A DNA stretch of 64,000 nucleotides from an uncultured Bacilli bacterium. GTDB lineage: Bacteria; Bacillota_I; Bacilli_A; RF39; UBA660. Location of the stretch: contig CAKONF010000002.1 of assembly GCA_934097015.1 (NCBI GenBank), positions 4,214 through 68,213 on the forward strand, read 5' to 3'. The first letter of the stretch is position 1, and each line of letters starts with the position of its first letter. Of this stretch, positions 19,989 through 29,466 are shown piece by piece. Made by a program: the position numbers and the translations under genes. The notes beneath the pieces are model-generated. The model saw only the letters and a program-made list of their open reading frames with translations, was not told the DNA's origin and did no database searches.

Positions 19989-21698
19989 TTACTTTATTTG
20001 CCAATATTCGAGTATTGTATCCGCAATGTTATTACCTATTTTTTCTTTATTTTCCATTATCCATTTAGCATCATTTAAATAATCATGATGTGCTACTTCT
20101 ATTAGTATTCCACATGGAGTATATGATGGATTAACTTCTGCTAATGAGCCGTTTGCATATTTTACTCCTCTATTTGCTAATTCATCTTCTTTGTTATAAT
20201 AAATATTAAATAAATTATTTTGTAAATTTTGTGCTAAAGAGTATGTATTTGATGTTTCATTATGTACCCAAGTTTCTATTCCATATGACTTATGTTCTTC
20301 ACTAGCATTTGAGTGTATTGCTAAATGTAGGTCAACTCCTAAGTAAGTACTATCTTGAGTCCATCTATTTATGTCACCAAATTCATTTCTATATGTTTTA
20401 ACTCCATAACTATTTAATCTTTTTTCTATGTAATTTGTTAAATCATTCATTTCTTTTTTTTCATTTGTATAACCTACTTCAGATACTCCTAAATTATTAT
20501 TTTGATTAGAAGCTGATAGGTATACTTTGTATGTATTTTTATTACCTGTTTTAAAATTAAATTCACTAATAGATGAATTATTTTTCTTTTCTTCTATTGC
20601 TATTGCTTTTATTAGAGTATCATTATTTATTGTTATTTCATTATTATATAAAGTACTTGATTCATTTGGTTCAGTACCATCTGTTGTATAATATATTTTT
20701 GCAATTTTATCATTATTTAATAATTTTATCTTTGTACCTTTTTTTATATAATCTGTTTTGTAATTTGTATAAACCGGTTTTAATGTCTCTTTAGAATTAA
20801 TAGTAAATTCTATTTCTTTTGTTTTTGAATAATCTATGTAATCAAAATATGATGCTGTTATTTTTACTTTATAACTTGATTTCTTATCAAATAAATTACT
20901 AGATAATATTACATTTTTTTCTTTTATTTCTTTTCTTCTTATTAATTTGTTATCTCTATATAATTCTAATAAGTAATTGCTAGCATTATCTCCACCAGTA
21001 AATGATATTGGTACATCATTATAATCCATCATATCTCCATTATTTGGATTAGTAAATGTTATATCAGAAATTGGACTCATTAAATTATATATTTTAAGAG
21101 TTGCTATTACCATAGAATCTTCAACTATTTCTAATGTATAATAACAGGATTCATCTTTAAATAAGTTATTTTTTATTGTATATGTTTCATCTTTTATATC
21201 AATTTGTTCTTGTAGTATATCATTTTTATTAATATTTAATTTATAATTTTTATTTTTATAATCTCCTACAAAATCTAATATATAATCATTATTATTATCC
21301 ATTACAATTAAATTAGTATCACTAAAAGATAATTCGTTCCATATAAATGTATATGGTTCTTTTATGCTTTTTTTATTTCCATCTTTATCATATGCGATTA
21401 CTATTATTTTATATGATTCATTATAATTTAAATCACTTAATTTAATTGTTGCACTGTTATATTTTGTGTTTTCTTTGTATATTATTTTATTATCATTATC
21501 ATATACTAATATTTCATAATTAGTTGCTACTTTTACTTTTTCATAGTATACATAATAATTTAAACCAATATTATTTACATTTATAAATTTAAAATTAGTT
21601 AGAAAATTACTATTATTTGTTATGAAAAATGCTACTGTAAATGTTGCTACTATAAAAAATATTATTAGTGATATTATAGTAATTATTATTCTTTTCAC
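19989..21698 (-). CDS. secreted N-acetylmuramoyl-L-alanine amidase (Amidase_3) with N-terminal Ig/FN3-like modules
   Basis: N-terminal TM/signal sequence. GTEPNESSTLYNNEITINNDTLIKAIA (chitobiase/FN3-associated-type motif). C-terminal Amidase_3 pattern (VYLSAS..., DLHLAIHSNAS, GIETWVH, GILIEVAHHD). Confidence 0.8.
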   Translation of the reverse strand: MKRIIITIISLIIFFIVATFTVAFFITNNSNFLTNFKFINVNNIGLNYYVYYEKVKVATNYEILVYDNDNKIIYKENTKYNSATIKLSDLNYNESYKIIVIAYDKDGNKKSIKEPYTFIWNELSFSDTNLIVMDNNNDYILDFVGDYKNKNYKLNINKNDILQEQIDIKDETYTIKNNLFKDESCYYTLEIVEDSMVIATLKIYNLMSPISDITFTNPNNGDMMDYNDVPISFTGGDNASNYLLELYRDNKLIRRKEIKEKNVILSSNLFDKKSSYKVKITASYFDYIDYSKTKEIEFTINSKETLKPVYTNYKTDYIKKGTKIKLLNNDKIAKIYYTTDGTEPNESSTLYNNEITINNDTLIKAIAIEEKKNNSSISEFNFKTGNKNTYKVYLSASNQNNNLGVSEVGYTNEKKEMNDLTNYIEKRLNSYGVKTYRNEFGDINRWTQDSTYLGVDLHLAIHSNASEEHKSYGIETWVHNETSNTYSLAQNLQNNLFNIYYNKEDELANRGVKYANGSLAEVNPSYTPCGILIEVAHHDYLNDAKWIMENKEKIGNNIADTILEYWQIK

Positions 21699-21714
21699 AC
21701 TACCAACTCCGTAA

Positions 21715-21927
21715 TTATTTTATTAATTTGTTAAATCTATTTTTTATATTCTCTTTTATTCTTTTTGTTTCTTTTTTATTAATTATATATTCATTATCTA
21801 TTAAATCTATTATGTCTTGTTCTTTAACGTTATTTGGTAATATATTTTTATTGATTTCTATTATTTTATTTGTTTTTCTATCTTCTAGCCTTACAATATT
21901 ATCTATTATAATTTCTACTGTATACAT
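21715..21927 (-). CDS. DUF3006-like small protein
   Basis: MYTVEIIIDNIVRLEDRKTNKIIEINKNILPNNVKEQDIIDL pattern, and the usual position downstream of a ComEC-type MBL gene. Confidence 0.55.
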   Translation of the reverse strand: MYTVEIIIDNIVRLEDRKTNKIIEINKNILPNNVKEQDIIDLIDNEYIINKKETKRIKENIKNRFNKLIK

Positions 21928-21929
21928 TG

Positions 21930-22928
21930 TTATTCTCCATCTATATTAGTTTTTATTGTTTCAAATGTTATGTTATTTCCATCAGATGTTAATTTTATTG
22001 TACCATCTAAGTCTGTTCTATATATTTTTATATTTTTTGCATTTAATTTATCTAAAGTAATTTGTTTAGGATGTTTATATATATTATTTTTACCTACTTC
22101 TATTATTGCATATTTTGGATTTACTTTATCTAAAAAATCATTTGTTGTACTATATTCTGATCCATGGTGTCCTATTTTTAATACATCACTTTCTATATCT
22201 TTCTTAAGTAATTTTTTTTCTACTTTACTAGTTGCATCTCCTGTAAATAAAAATTTATTATTAAAATATGTTAATTTTAAAACTATAGAGTTATTATTTA
22301 AATCTTTTTCATTTGTTCCAGTATATAATACTTTTAATTTTATATTACCATAGTTAAATTCTTCATCTATTTTTGGAACTGTTATTTTATAATTTTTATT
22401 TTCTATGCTATTTAAAACACTTTCAAATGTTTTTGAGGTTGATGTTGCATTAGGCATTAGAATTGTATCTATATCATATTCATCGATTATATTATCTAGT
22501 CCACCAATGTGATCTTCATGTGGATGAGTTCCAACTACCATGTTTAATTTATTTATATTTAAATCTTTTTTTAAATAATTTACTAAATTTTCACCATCTT
22601 CATTGTTTCCAGCATCAATTAAAATATTATAATTATTTTCTTTTATTAAAATTGAATCAGCTTGTCCTACATCAAAATAATATATTTCTAATTTATTAAC
22701 ATCATCATTTTCTGTTTGTTTCATTGCATAAGATGTATTATCTTTTTTAATTAATTCTTTATTAGTATAAAATATTCCTATTAAAACTATTAGTATAAGT
22801 ATTATTTTATTTAGCAATTTATTTATTTTTTTATTATTCATATTATCTACCCTATAAAAGTATAACATATTTTTATTGTTAAAAAAAACTTTATTTTTGT
22901 TTATAAAGCTTTTTTGTTTTAATATCAA
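21930..22928 (-). CDS. membrane-anchored MBL-fold metallo-hydrolase (ComEC C-terminal-domain-like)
   Basis: HPHEDHIGG motif plus KIGHHGS, and an N-terminal TM helix. Confidence 0.8.
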   Translation of the reverse strand: MILKQKSFINKNKVFFNNKNMLYFYRVDNMNNKKINKLLNKIILILIVLIGIFYTNKELIKKDNTSYAMKQTENDDVNKLEIYYFDVGQADSILIKENNYNILIDAGNNEDGENLVNYLKKDLNINKLNMVVGTHPHEDHIGGLDNIIDEYDIDTILMPNATSTSKTFESVLNSIENKNYKITVPKIDEEFNYGNIKLKVLYTGTNEKDLNNNSIVLKLTYFNNKFLFTGDATSKVEKKLLKKDIESDVLKIGHHGSEYSTTNDFLDKVNPKYAIIEVGKNNIYKHPKQITLDKLNAKNIKIYRTDLDGTIKLTSDGNNITFETIKTNIDGE

Positions 22929-23694
22929 TTAATTTATCTTGAGTTTCTTCTAATATTTTTTTTAATGATTTTAATAAATCTATATTGGTAGTTTCAAAAG
23001 TTTTTCCATTTCTATACTTTATTTTTAATTTATTATCTTTATATGAATATTCATCTACTAATTCTTTATTATTGTTTAAAAAATCATCTGCTATCATTAC
23101 TAATGTATCTTTATTATTAGATGTTTTTAAATTTTTTGAAAAGCAGTATAAAGAAGTTTGATTTGTTGGTACTTCGTTAAATAATTCTGCTCCAGATTTC
23201 ATATCTGAATTTAAAATTATTAAATTATCTATTTTATCTTCATTATATAAATCAAATACATTTTCATCTATTTTATTACTTAAATATTGTTTTATTTCAT
23301 CATATTCTATTTTTTCTTTGAAGCTTTCTAATAAATTTCTTATTTCACTATCAATATAATTTGTTGGAATGTTTAATTCTATTACTTTATCATCCTGTAA
23401 AAATATATCAGTCATATCCATTTCAAATCCATTTGTGTTATAAGTTTTATAATTTATTTCTTTTATTTGATAATATTCAATAAAAACATAAACTAAATGC
23501 AAATATACCTCATTAATGTCTTTATATTTTTTTAATAAATATGACATGTATTTTTCAAATTTTTTTATAAAATGTTTTTTATTTATTGCTTCTATTTTTA
23601 AATCAAATATACTTTTATTATTTCTTTTTAAAATTGTATTTAATGTAATTTTATTTATGTGATTTAAAACATATACTATATCTTTTTCGTTCAT
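22891..23694 (-). CDS. hypothetical protein
   Basis: 267-aa ORF. No recognisable motif. Confidence 0.45.
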   Translation of the reverse strand: MNEKDIVYVLNHINKITLNTILKRNNKSIFDLKIEAINKKHFIKKFEKYMSYLLKKYKDINEVYLHLVYVFIEYYQIKEINYKTYNTNGFEMDMTDIFLQDDKVIELNIPTNYIDSEIRNLLESFKEKIEYDEIKQYLSNKIDENVFDLYNEDKIDNLIILNSDMKSGAELFNEVPTNQTSLYCFSKNLKTSNNKDTLVMIADDFLNNNKELVDEYSYKDNKLKIKYRNGKTFETTNIDLLKSLKKILEETQDKLIDIKTKKLYKQK

Positions 23695-23829
23695 AAATAA
23701 ACCTCCCTGTATATTTATTGTATCATATAATAATTGGTTTAGTTATAAAATTTAATATTTCTTATATATTGTTTTAATACTATACATGAATATAAAATTA
23801 TTGTATAATTATAAAATAGGAATGATTAT

Positions 23830-25818
23830 ATGAAGAAAATATTAAAAAAATTTAAAAAATTAGATTTAAAGTTTAGAATAATGTTTTATATTATTAGTAT
23901 TTTATATTTAGTTTCTATTGTTTTTATAAGTCAAGGGTTATTGCTTCTTAAAAATATTGAAACTAGTTTAAGAATATTATTTTTGGTTATTATATATTTA
24001 AGTTATTTTATATATTTATTTGTTAGTATATTATTATTGTTTAGCAAAAGAAATAAGAGTTATATTGTAAATAGTATATTTATTACTATAATTAGTATTA
24101 TTTTTATAGTAGCTAGTGTTTATCTTAATAAAACTTATAATATTGTTGATAGAATGAATAAAGATGTTGTAATGTATAGCAGTAGCTTAGTTGTTATGAA
24201 AGATACTGAGTTTAAAAATAGTAGTAGTTTTATTGTTGGTATGATTAGTGATGAAAATGATATTGAAGGTAATATACTTGCAAATAAATTAATTGATAAA
24301 AAGAAATTGGATAAAATTGATATTAAGTATTATGATAATTATTTGGAAATGCTTGGAGATTTATATAATAAAAGTATTAATGGTATTTTAGTTAGTAGTG
24401 GTTATGTTGTTAGTTTTTCTGGATATGATAATTATAATAATATTGGAAGTGAAACTAAAATTGTATATACTTATAAAGAAAAAAGAAAAAATATTAGTTT
24501 AAATACTGGTAGTGGTAAGAAGTTAACTGAGCCTTTTACTATTTTGCTACTCGGTGTTGATTCTGAGGTTGATGGTTTAAAAGCTAATCAAGCATTTAAT
24601 GGTGATACTATGATGATGATAACTTTTAATCCCACTACTCTTAATACTACTGTATTTAGTATTCCACGAGACACTTACGCTCCTATTGCTTGTAATGGTA
24701 AGAGAAGTAATAAAATAAATTCTAGTGCCGCAGGTGGTACTACTTGTGTTATAAATACTTTAAAAGATTTAACTGGTATTGATATAGATTATTATGTTAA
24801 GATTAATTTTAAAGGTGTAGTTGATTTGGTTGAAGCTTTGGATGGAATTGAGGTCGATGTTCCAGTTGATTTCTGTGAACAAGATTCTAATAGAGAATTT
24901 GGAGAACATGAAATATGTCTTAAAAAAGGAGTTCAAACTTTAAATGGTGAAGCAGCGTTAGCGTTATCTCGTCATAGACATTCTTTACCTCTTGGTGATT
25001 TTCAAAGAGTTCAACATCAGCAATTAGTTGTTGAGGCAATGGCTAAAAAAGTAAAAAATATAAGAAGCGTTAATAAATTTTATGAAGTACTAGATGCAAT
25101 TAGTAAAAATATTGAAACTAATGTTAGTACTGATGAAATGTTAAATTTATATAATGTTGGTAAAAAGATGCTTTTGGAAAATGATACTAATATTAATATA
25201 GAAAAAACTTATTTAACAGGATATGATTTAACAATGTTAATTCCTGGGTTGGGTAATGTTTATACTTTCCAATATTATCCTGAGAGTTTAAATGAAATAG
25301 TTAAGGCTATGAAAGTTAATTTAGGATTAGAAGAACCTACTATGATTAAAACGTTTAATTTTAGTGCTAATTATACTTATGAAGTTCCTGTTATTGGTAA
25401 ACAATATTATAGTGTTAAGAGAAATGAGGCTTTGCCTAGTTTTGTTGGAAGTAGTTTAGAATATTTAAATACTTGGGCTAATGCAAGAGGTATAACGGTA
25501 AATACTAATTATATAACTGATGGTATGGATGGCTATGATGATAGTAAAAATGGAATTATTACAAGTCAAAGTGTTAGCAAAGGTACATTAGTAAGCGAAG
25601 TTAAAAGTATTACTGTTAGTGTAATAAAAGTTAATAGTAAAAATAATTCTACTAATGAAGATGAAAATGTAGTTAATATTATTGATGAAAATTCTTCTGA
25701 TAAAAATACTGATTCTAACAATACTGAGTCAGATAGTAATAATAGCGATAATGAGGAAAATGTTGAAATACCTAAAAATGAAAATATTGATAATTCTTCT
25801 ATTGATGGCGAAAATTAA
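23830..25818 (+). CDS. LytR-CpsA-Psr (LCP) family cell-wall polymer transferase with a PASTA-like module and an acidic low-complexity tail
   Basis: Multi-TM N-terminus. LCP core (ILLLGVDSE, GDTMMMITFNP, SIPRDTY, LSRHRHSLPLGDFQRVQHQQ). C-terminal ...LPSFVGSSLEYLNTWANARGITVN... Confidence 0.85.
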   Translation: MKKILKKFKKLDLKFRIMFYIISILYLVSIVFISQGLLLLKNIETSLRILFLVIIYLSYFIYLFVSILLLFSKRNKSYIVNSIFITIISIIFIVASVYLNKTYNIVDRMNKDVVMYSSSLVVMKDTEFKNSSSFIVGMISDENDIEGNILANKLIDKKKLDKIDIKYYDNYLEMLGDLYNKSINGILVSSGYVVSFSGYDNYNNIGSETKIVYTYKEKRKNISLNTGSGKKLTEPFTILLLGVDSEVDGLKANQAFNGDTMMMITFNPTTLNTTVFSIPRDTYAPIACNGKRSNKINSSAAGGTTCVINTLKDLTGIDIDYYVKINFKGVVDLVEALDGIEVDVPVDFCEQDSNREFGEHEICLKKGVQTLNGEAALALSRHRHSLPLGDFQRVQHQQLVVEAMAKKVKNIRSVNKFYEVLDAISKNIETNVSTDEMLNLYNVGKKMLLENDTNINIEKTYLTGYDLTMLIPGLGNVYTFQYYPESLNEIVKAMKVNLGLEEPTMIKTFNFSANYTYEVPVIGKQYYSVKRNEALPSFVGSSLEYLNTWANARGITVNTNYITDGMDGYDDSKNGIITSQSVSKGTLVSEVKSITVSVIKVNSKNNSTNEDENVVNIIDENSSDKNTDSNNTESDSNNSDNEENVEIPKNENIDNSSIDGEN

Positions 25819-25846
25819 AGAGACTTTTGTGAAAGTCTCTTTTTTA
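25817..25846. terminator. bidirectional intrinsic terminator between the convergent LCP and membrane-protein genes
   Basis: Perfect 11-bp stem AAAGAGACTTT/AAAGTCTCTTT with a TGTG loop and a T-run. Confidence 0.7.
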
Positions 25847-26410
25847 TATTTTCTTTAAATCAGTTTCTTGATCTTCTTTTTTCTCAGTTTTTTCTTCTTT
25901 ACTAATTTTTTCTATTTTTTTTATTTCATTTTTATTGATTGCTTTTTCTTCTTTTTTTAACATAGTTGGTTTTGATGTTTGTTTAATTAGTGAATCTTTT
26001 ATTTCAGAAACATCTTTGAATAATTTTAGAACTAAAAGTAATAATTCAAAAGCTAAACGTGCTAATATGTTTCCAAATACTAATGTACCAATAAATTCAA
26101 AAAAATTTGTTGTTATATAAGAAAATGATGCTAATGTTATTGCTATTGCAACAATTAAATATAAAACTCTAAATATTGGTTCTATAATAGTTGTTTTAAA
26201 ATTTAGAAAATCATATATCTTTTTTTTATATCCTGTATAAACTCCTTCTTTATCTTTTCCAAAATAATTAGTAAATAAGAATACTCCCCCTATTACAGCA
26301 AGTAATACACTTATAATAATCCATACTTCTGATGTTGAGAATGATTTTGCTGTATTAGTTATTGTATCTGTTATTGCCTTTTCTGTATCATATTGTGGCA
26401 TTTTAATCAC
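25844..26410 (-). CDS. membrane protein (DUF4282-like?) with a Lys/Glu-rich tail, third gene of the HEPN-pair operon
   Basis: Three hydrophobic helices and the same strand, 66 nt downstream of the preceding ORF. Confidence 0.5.
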   Translation of the reverse strand: MIKMPQYDTEKAITDTITNTAKSFSTSEVWIIISVLLAVIGGVFLFTNYFGKDKEGVYTGYKKKIYDFLNFKTTIIEPIFRVLYLIVAIAITLASFSYITTNFFEFIGTLVFGNILARLAFELLLLVLKLFKDVSEIKDSLIKQTSKPTMLKKEEKAINKNEIKKIEKISKEEKTEKKEDQETDLKKI

Positions 26411-26476
26411 ATCCTTCTTTAAGAATATAACACTGAGTTATGAAATTTTCAAGAAATTTTGTTAATATAGTGTATG

Positions 26477-27313
26477 TTATTTACATTTTTTAGTTTTTTC
26501 TTTTTTATAACAATTTGTAGGGAGAAAGGCTTCAGAGTCTAAAAATATTTCATATTCTTTTAAAGGGATTATTATGCTTTTTGTTTTTTTATTTTTTGTA
26601 TCTATGTCTGTAAAACATATCAAATGTTTTAATGTTTCATCATCTATAAAAGTATCAATATTTCCGTGAGCTAAAGAATTTCTAATATGTTCACAAATAA
26701 CCATGTTCCATATTTCAGTATCTGATTTTTCTGGATATTTTTCAGATTTTTTAGAATATAAATCGTTAAAAATATTATTGTCTTCAAGGTTATCTTTGTT
26801 TAATGCTCTAAAAATTATATTATTTTTATTCCAATCTATATTTATTTTATCGTATTGAAGTTCATCAAATTTTGTACTAGTAATATCATTATTTTTTACG
26901 TTTTGTAATCTATATAAAATCAAATATGATTTTAATATTGCTAGTGCCTCGGAACAACAAAAATTACTATATTTATCATCTTTAAAATATTCACTATCAA
27001 TATCAAATATGTCATTACCAATGTTAAATATTACTCCGTAAAAATGAGAAAGCCAATTGTTGATTGTGTCTTTGCCATTAGTTGTATAACATATTATGTT
27101 TCTTATAAGTTCTATTTGGTCTTTTAACTCTTCTTTATAAAAATTTGTAAATAAGCTATTGATAATCGTTATTAAATAATTTGTCATTTCGGGTTTTAAT
27201 ATTCCGCATTCTTCGTTAATATCATTTCCTTGTTCTATTTGTTCTTTTATAATTTTCTTTAATTTTTTTAGTTCAGCAATATTATCATTATCTAAACTAT
27301 CTATTAATTTCAT
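26477..27313 (-). CDS. HEPN-motif protein (paralog B)
   Basis: ICEHIRNSLAHGNIDTF contains a canonical R-N-x3-H HEPN motif (codons at 26666-26683). Shares the NNWL and IRNxLxHxN blocks with the upstream paralog. Confidence 0.5.
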   Translation of the reverse strand: MKLIDSLDNDNIAELKKLKKIIKEQIEQGNDINEECGILKPEMTNYLITIINSLFTNFYKEELKDQIELIRNIICYTTNGKDTINNWLSHFYGVIFNIGNDIFDIDSEYFKDDKYSNFCCSEALAILKSYLILYRLQNVKNNDITSTKFDELQYDKINIDWNKNNIIFRALNKDNLEDNNIFNDLYSKKSEKYPEKSDTEIWNMVICEHIRNSLAHGNIDTFIDDETLKHLICFTDIDTKNKKTKSIIIPLKEYEIFLDSEAFLPTNCYKKEKTKKCK

Positions 27314-27361
27314 ATTTAAACTATTTGTTCCATCATAATTTTTTTGTTTATTTGATATTAC

Positions 27362-28042
27362 TTAAATATGTATTTCTTTTAAGAATTCTTTTAATTCTAT
27401 TTCACTATTTATTCTATTTTTGATAATAGGAAAATGAAGTAAAGTTGTTTTATCTCTTATACTTAATCCACCACAATTTGAAAAATAATTTATAGCAAAA
27501 TTTATAAAATTATTGTTTAGTATTTTTGATTTATAATACTTTTTAATTTTTATAGTTGTAAATGAAATTTCTTCAGAATTCATTTCAAATGTAAAATTAG
27601 AATGTAATAAACCATTTCTTATTGATTTCATTATTTGAATGTTTGTTGCATCTACTGGTCCTTCTATTATTTTTAACCAATTATTAAATATATCATTTTT
27701 ACTTACAATATTATCAAAATCATCTAATATTTTTTTAGAATCTGGAAAAAAATATTCTTTTCTTATATCATTAAATACTCTTATATCATTGTAATTATCT
27801 ATAGTTTCTGATTTTTCGATTGTTTCTTTATTTAATCCTATAAATGCTATTATAATTGTTAATATTAAACTATGTTTTCTTTCTGCAAGAAGTTTACTAT
27901 TATTATATCCTTCAATATTTTGTTTATCTATAAATTCTTTTAATTTTATTTTATCAAAACCATTTCTGTATGCTTCATATAATTGATTTAAGAGTTTAAA
28001 AGCTCTTATATAATATTTATTTTCGTTCGTCATAAAAATCAC
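27362..28042 (-). CDS. HEPN-motif protein (paralog A)
   Basis: IMKSIRNGLLHSNFTF carries the R-N-x3-H motif (27602-27619). The true start is probably the ATG at 28033, preceded by AGGTGA. Confidence 0.5.
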   Translation of the reverse strand: MIFMTNENKYYIRAFKLLNQLYEAYRNGFDKIKLKEFIDKQNIEGYNNSKLLAERKHSLILTIIIAFIGLNKETIEKSETIDNYNDIRVFNDIRKEYFFPDSKKILDDFDNIVSKNDIFNNWLKIIEGPVDATNIQIMKSIRNGLLHSNFTFEMNSEEISFTTIKIKKYYKSKILNNNFINFAINYFSNCGGLSIRDKTTLLHFPIIKNRINSEIELKEFLKEIHI

Positions 28043-28059
28043 CTGCTATATTGTAGCAG

Positions 28060-28110
28060 AAAAATAAAAAAACACAAAATAATTTTTATATTTTTATTTA
28101 ATTATTTTGT
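28060..28110 (-). terminator. putative intrinsic terminator after the amidase 3' fragment
   Basis: 11-bp A/T-rich stem ACAAAATAATT/AATTATTTTGT followed by a T-run on the minus strand. The stem is weak (A/T-rich, only two G/C pairs). Confidence 0.4.
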
Positions 28111-28123
28111 ATTTTAATGAACA

Positions 28124-29383
28124 TTAGAAAATTAATAACTGTTGACCTATTGTTAGAGAATTATTTATTAGATTATTTAATTCTTTTATTTTTTCTACGG
28201 TTGTGTTATTATCTTTTGCTATACTCCATAATGTGTCTCCTTTTTTTACTATATATGTATTTGTTATAGATGATGGTATTTTTATTAATTGGCCTATTGA
28301 TAATGTATTTGATGTTAAATTATTTAATGATTTTATCTTATCTGGTGTTGTATTATACTTATTTGCGATACTAAATAAAGTATCTCCTTCTTTTACTGTA
28401 TAGAAGTCATAGTCTTCTGTGATAAAATCTGATTCACTTTTTCTAATTTTTAATGTTTGACCTATTGATAGTGTGTTTGATGTTAAATTATTTAATTTTT
28501 TTAATTCATCTGCTGTTAAATTATATTTATTTGCAATTGCGTATAGTGTATCGCCTTTTTTTACTGTATAAGTGTTTACAGTATTTTCTTCTGTTGTGCC
28601 CGGTAATAGAAGTACTTGTCCAATACTAAGTGTATTTGTAGTCAAATTATTTAATTTTTTTATATCATCTACTGAAACACCATATTTTGAAGCAATACCA
28701 TATAAAGTTTCTCCTTTTGAAATAGTATGAGTATTTGGTAGATCTGTACTAGTTCCTGGTATTTTTAATACTTGACCGATTGAAAGATTGTTTGATGTTA
28801 AATTATTTGTTGTTTTTAATTTATCTACTGTTGTATCATATTTTTTTGCTATAGAATACAGTGAATCTCCTTTTTTTACTGTATATGTATTTGATGTTGA
28901 TGGTGTTGGAGTTGGTGTTTCGGTCGTGTTATCATTTGATGGTAGTTTAAGTTTTTGTCCTATTGATAATGAATTTGAAGTTAGATTATTTAATTTTTTT
29001 AATTCATTTACATTAGTACCATATTTATTTGCGATACTCCATAATGAATCACCTTTTTTTACTATGTAGTATCCAGTTTGTTCGTATGGAATGTTTTTAT
29101 AATCTAACACCGCTTCTATAACTGCTTCTGCATAATCTTTGTAGTTATTTTTTAATTTTTCGGCATCTTTTGCATTATCTAAAAAACCATATTCAACTAT
29201 AACAGTTTCTGCATTTGGAGTATTTCTTAACATATAATAATAATCTTTTGATGTATCACTTGGTAATCTACGTTGATAATATTTTCTTACTAGTTGTCCT
29301 TTTTCTGAAAGTCCATTTAATATTTTACTAGCAAGTTTATCATTATTTCTAAGAGCATAGATTACTTCAGCACCTTCGGCACC
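28124..29383 (-). pseudogene. 3' portion of an interrupted N-acetylmuramoyl-L-alanine amidase (Amidase_3 C-terminal half plus six LysM repeats)
   Basis: The frame is open from 29383 (GAEGAEVIYALRNNDKLASKILNG...MLRNTPNAETVIVEYGFLDN...), immediately after a TGA at 29384-29386. Six copies of the G[DE][ST]L[WYF]xIA...LNNLTSNxLSIGQ LysM unit follow. Confidence 0.85.
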
Positions 29384-29466
29384 TCATAAGTTTAGTAGCC
29401 ATTGTTTATTATTTACTAGCATTCCACAATTGTTCCGTTTGCGGTATAAAAAGTATATTTATTTTT

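Noticed and set aside
26477-28042. The idea that the HEPN-motif pair belongs to the same mobile element as the R-M island.
   Set aside because: The element junctions map at 29376-29384 and 44749-44757. The amidase 3' fragment and a terminator lie between the element and this pair. The pair is therefore a neighbouring but separate locus.
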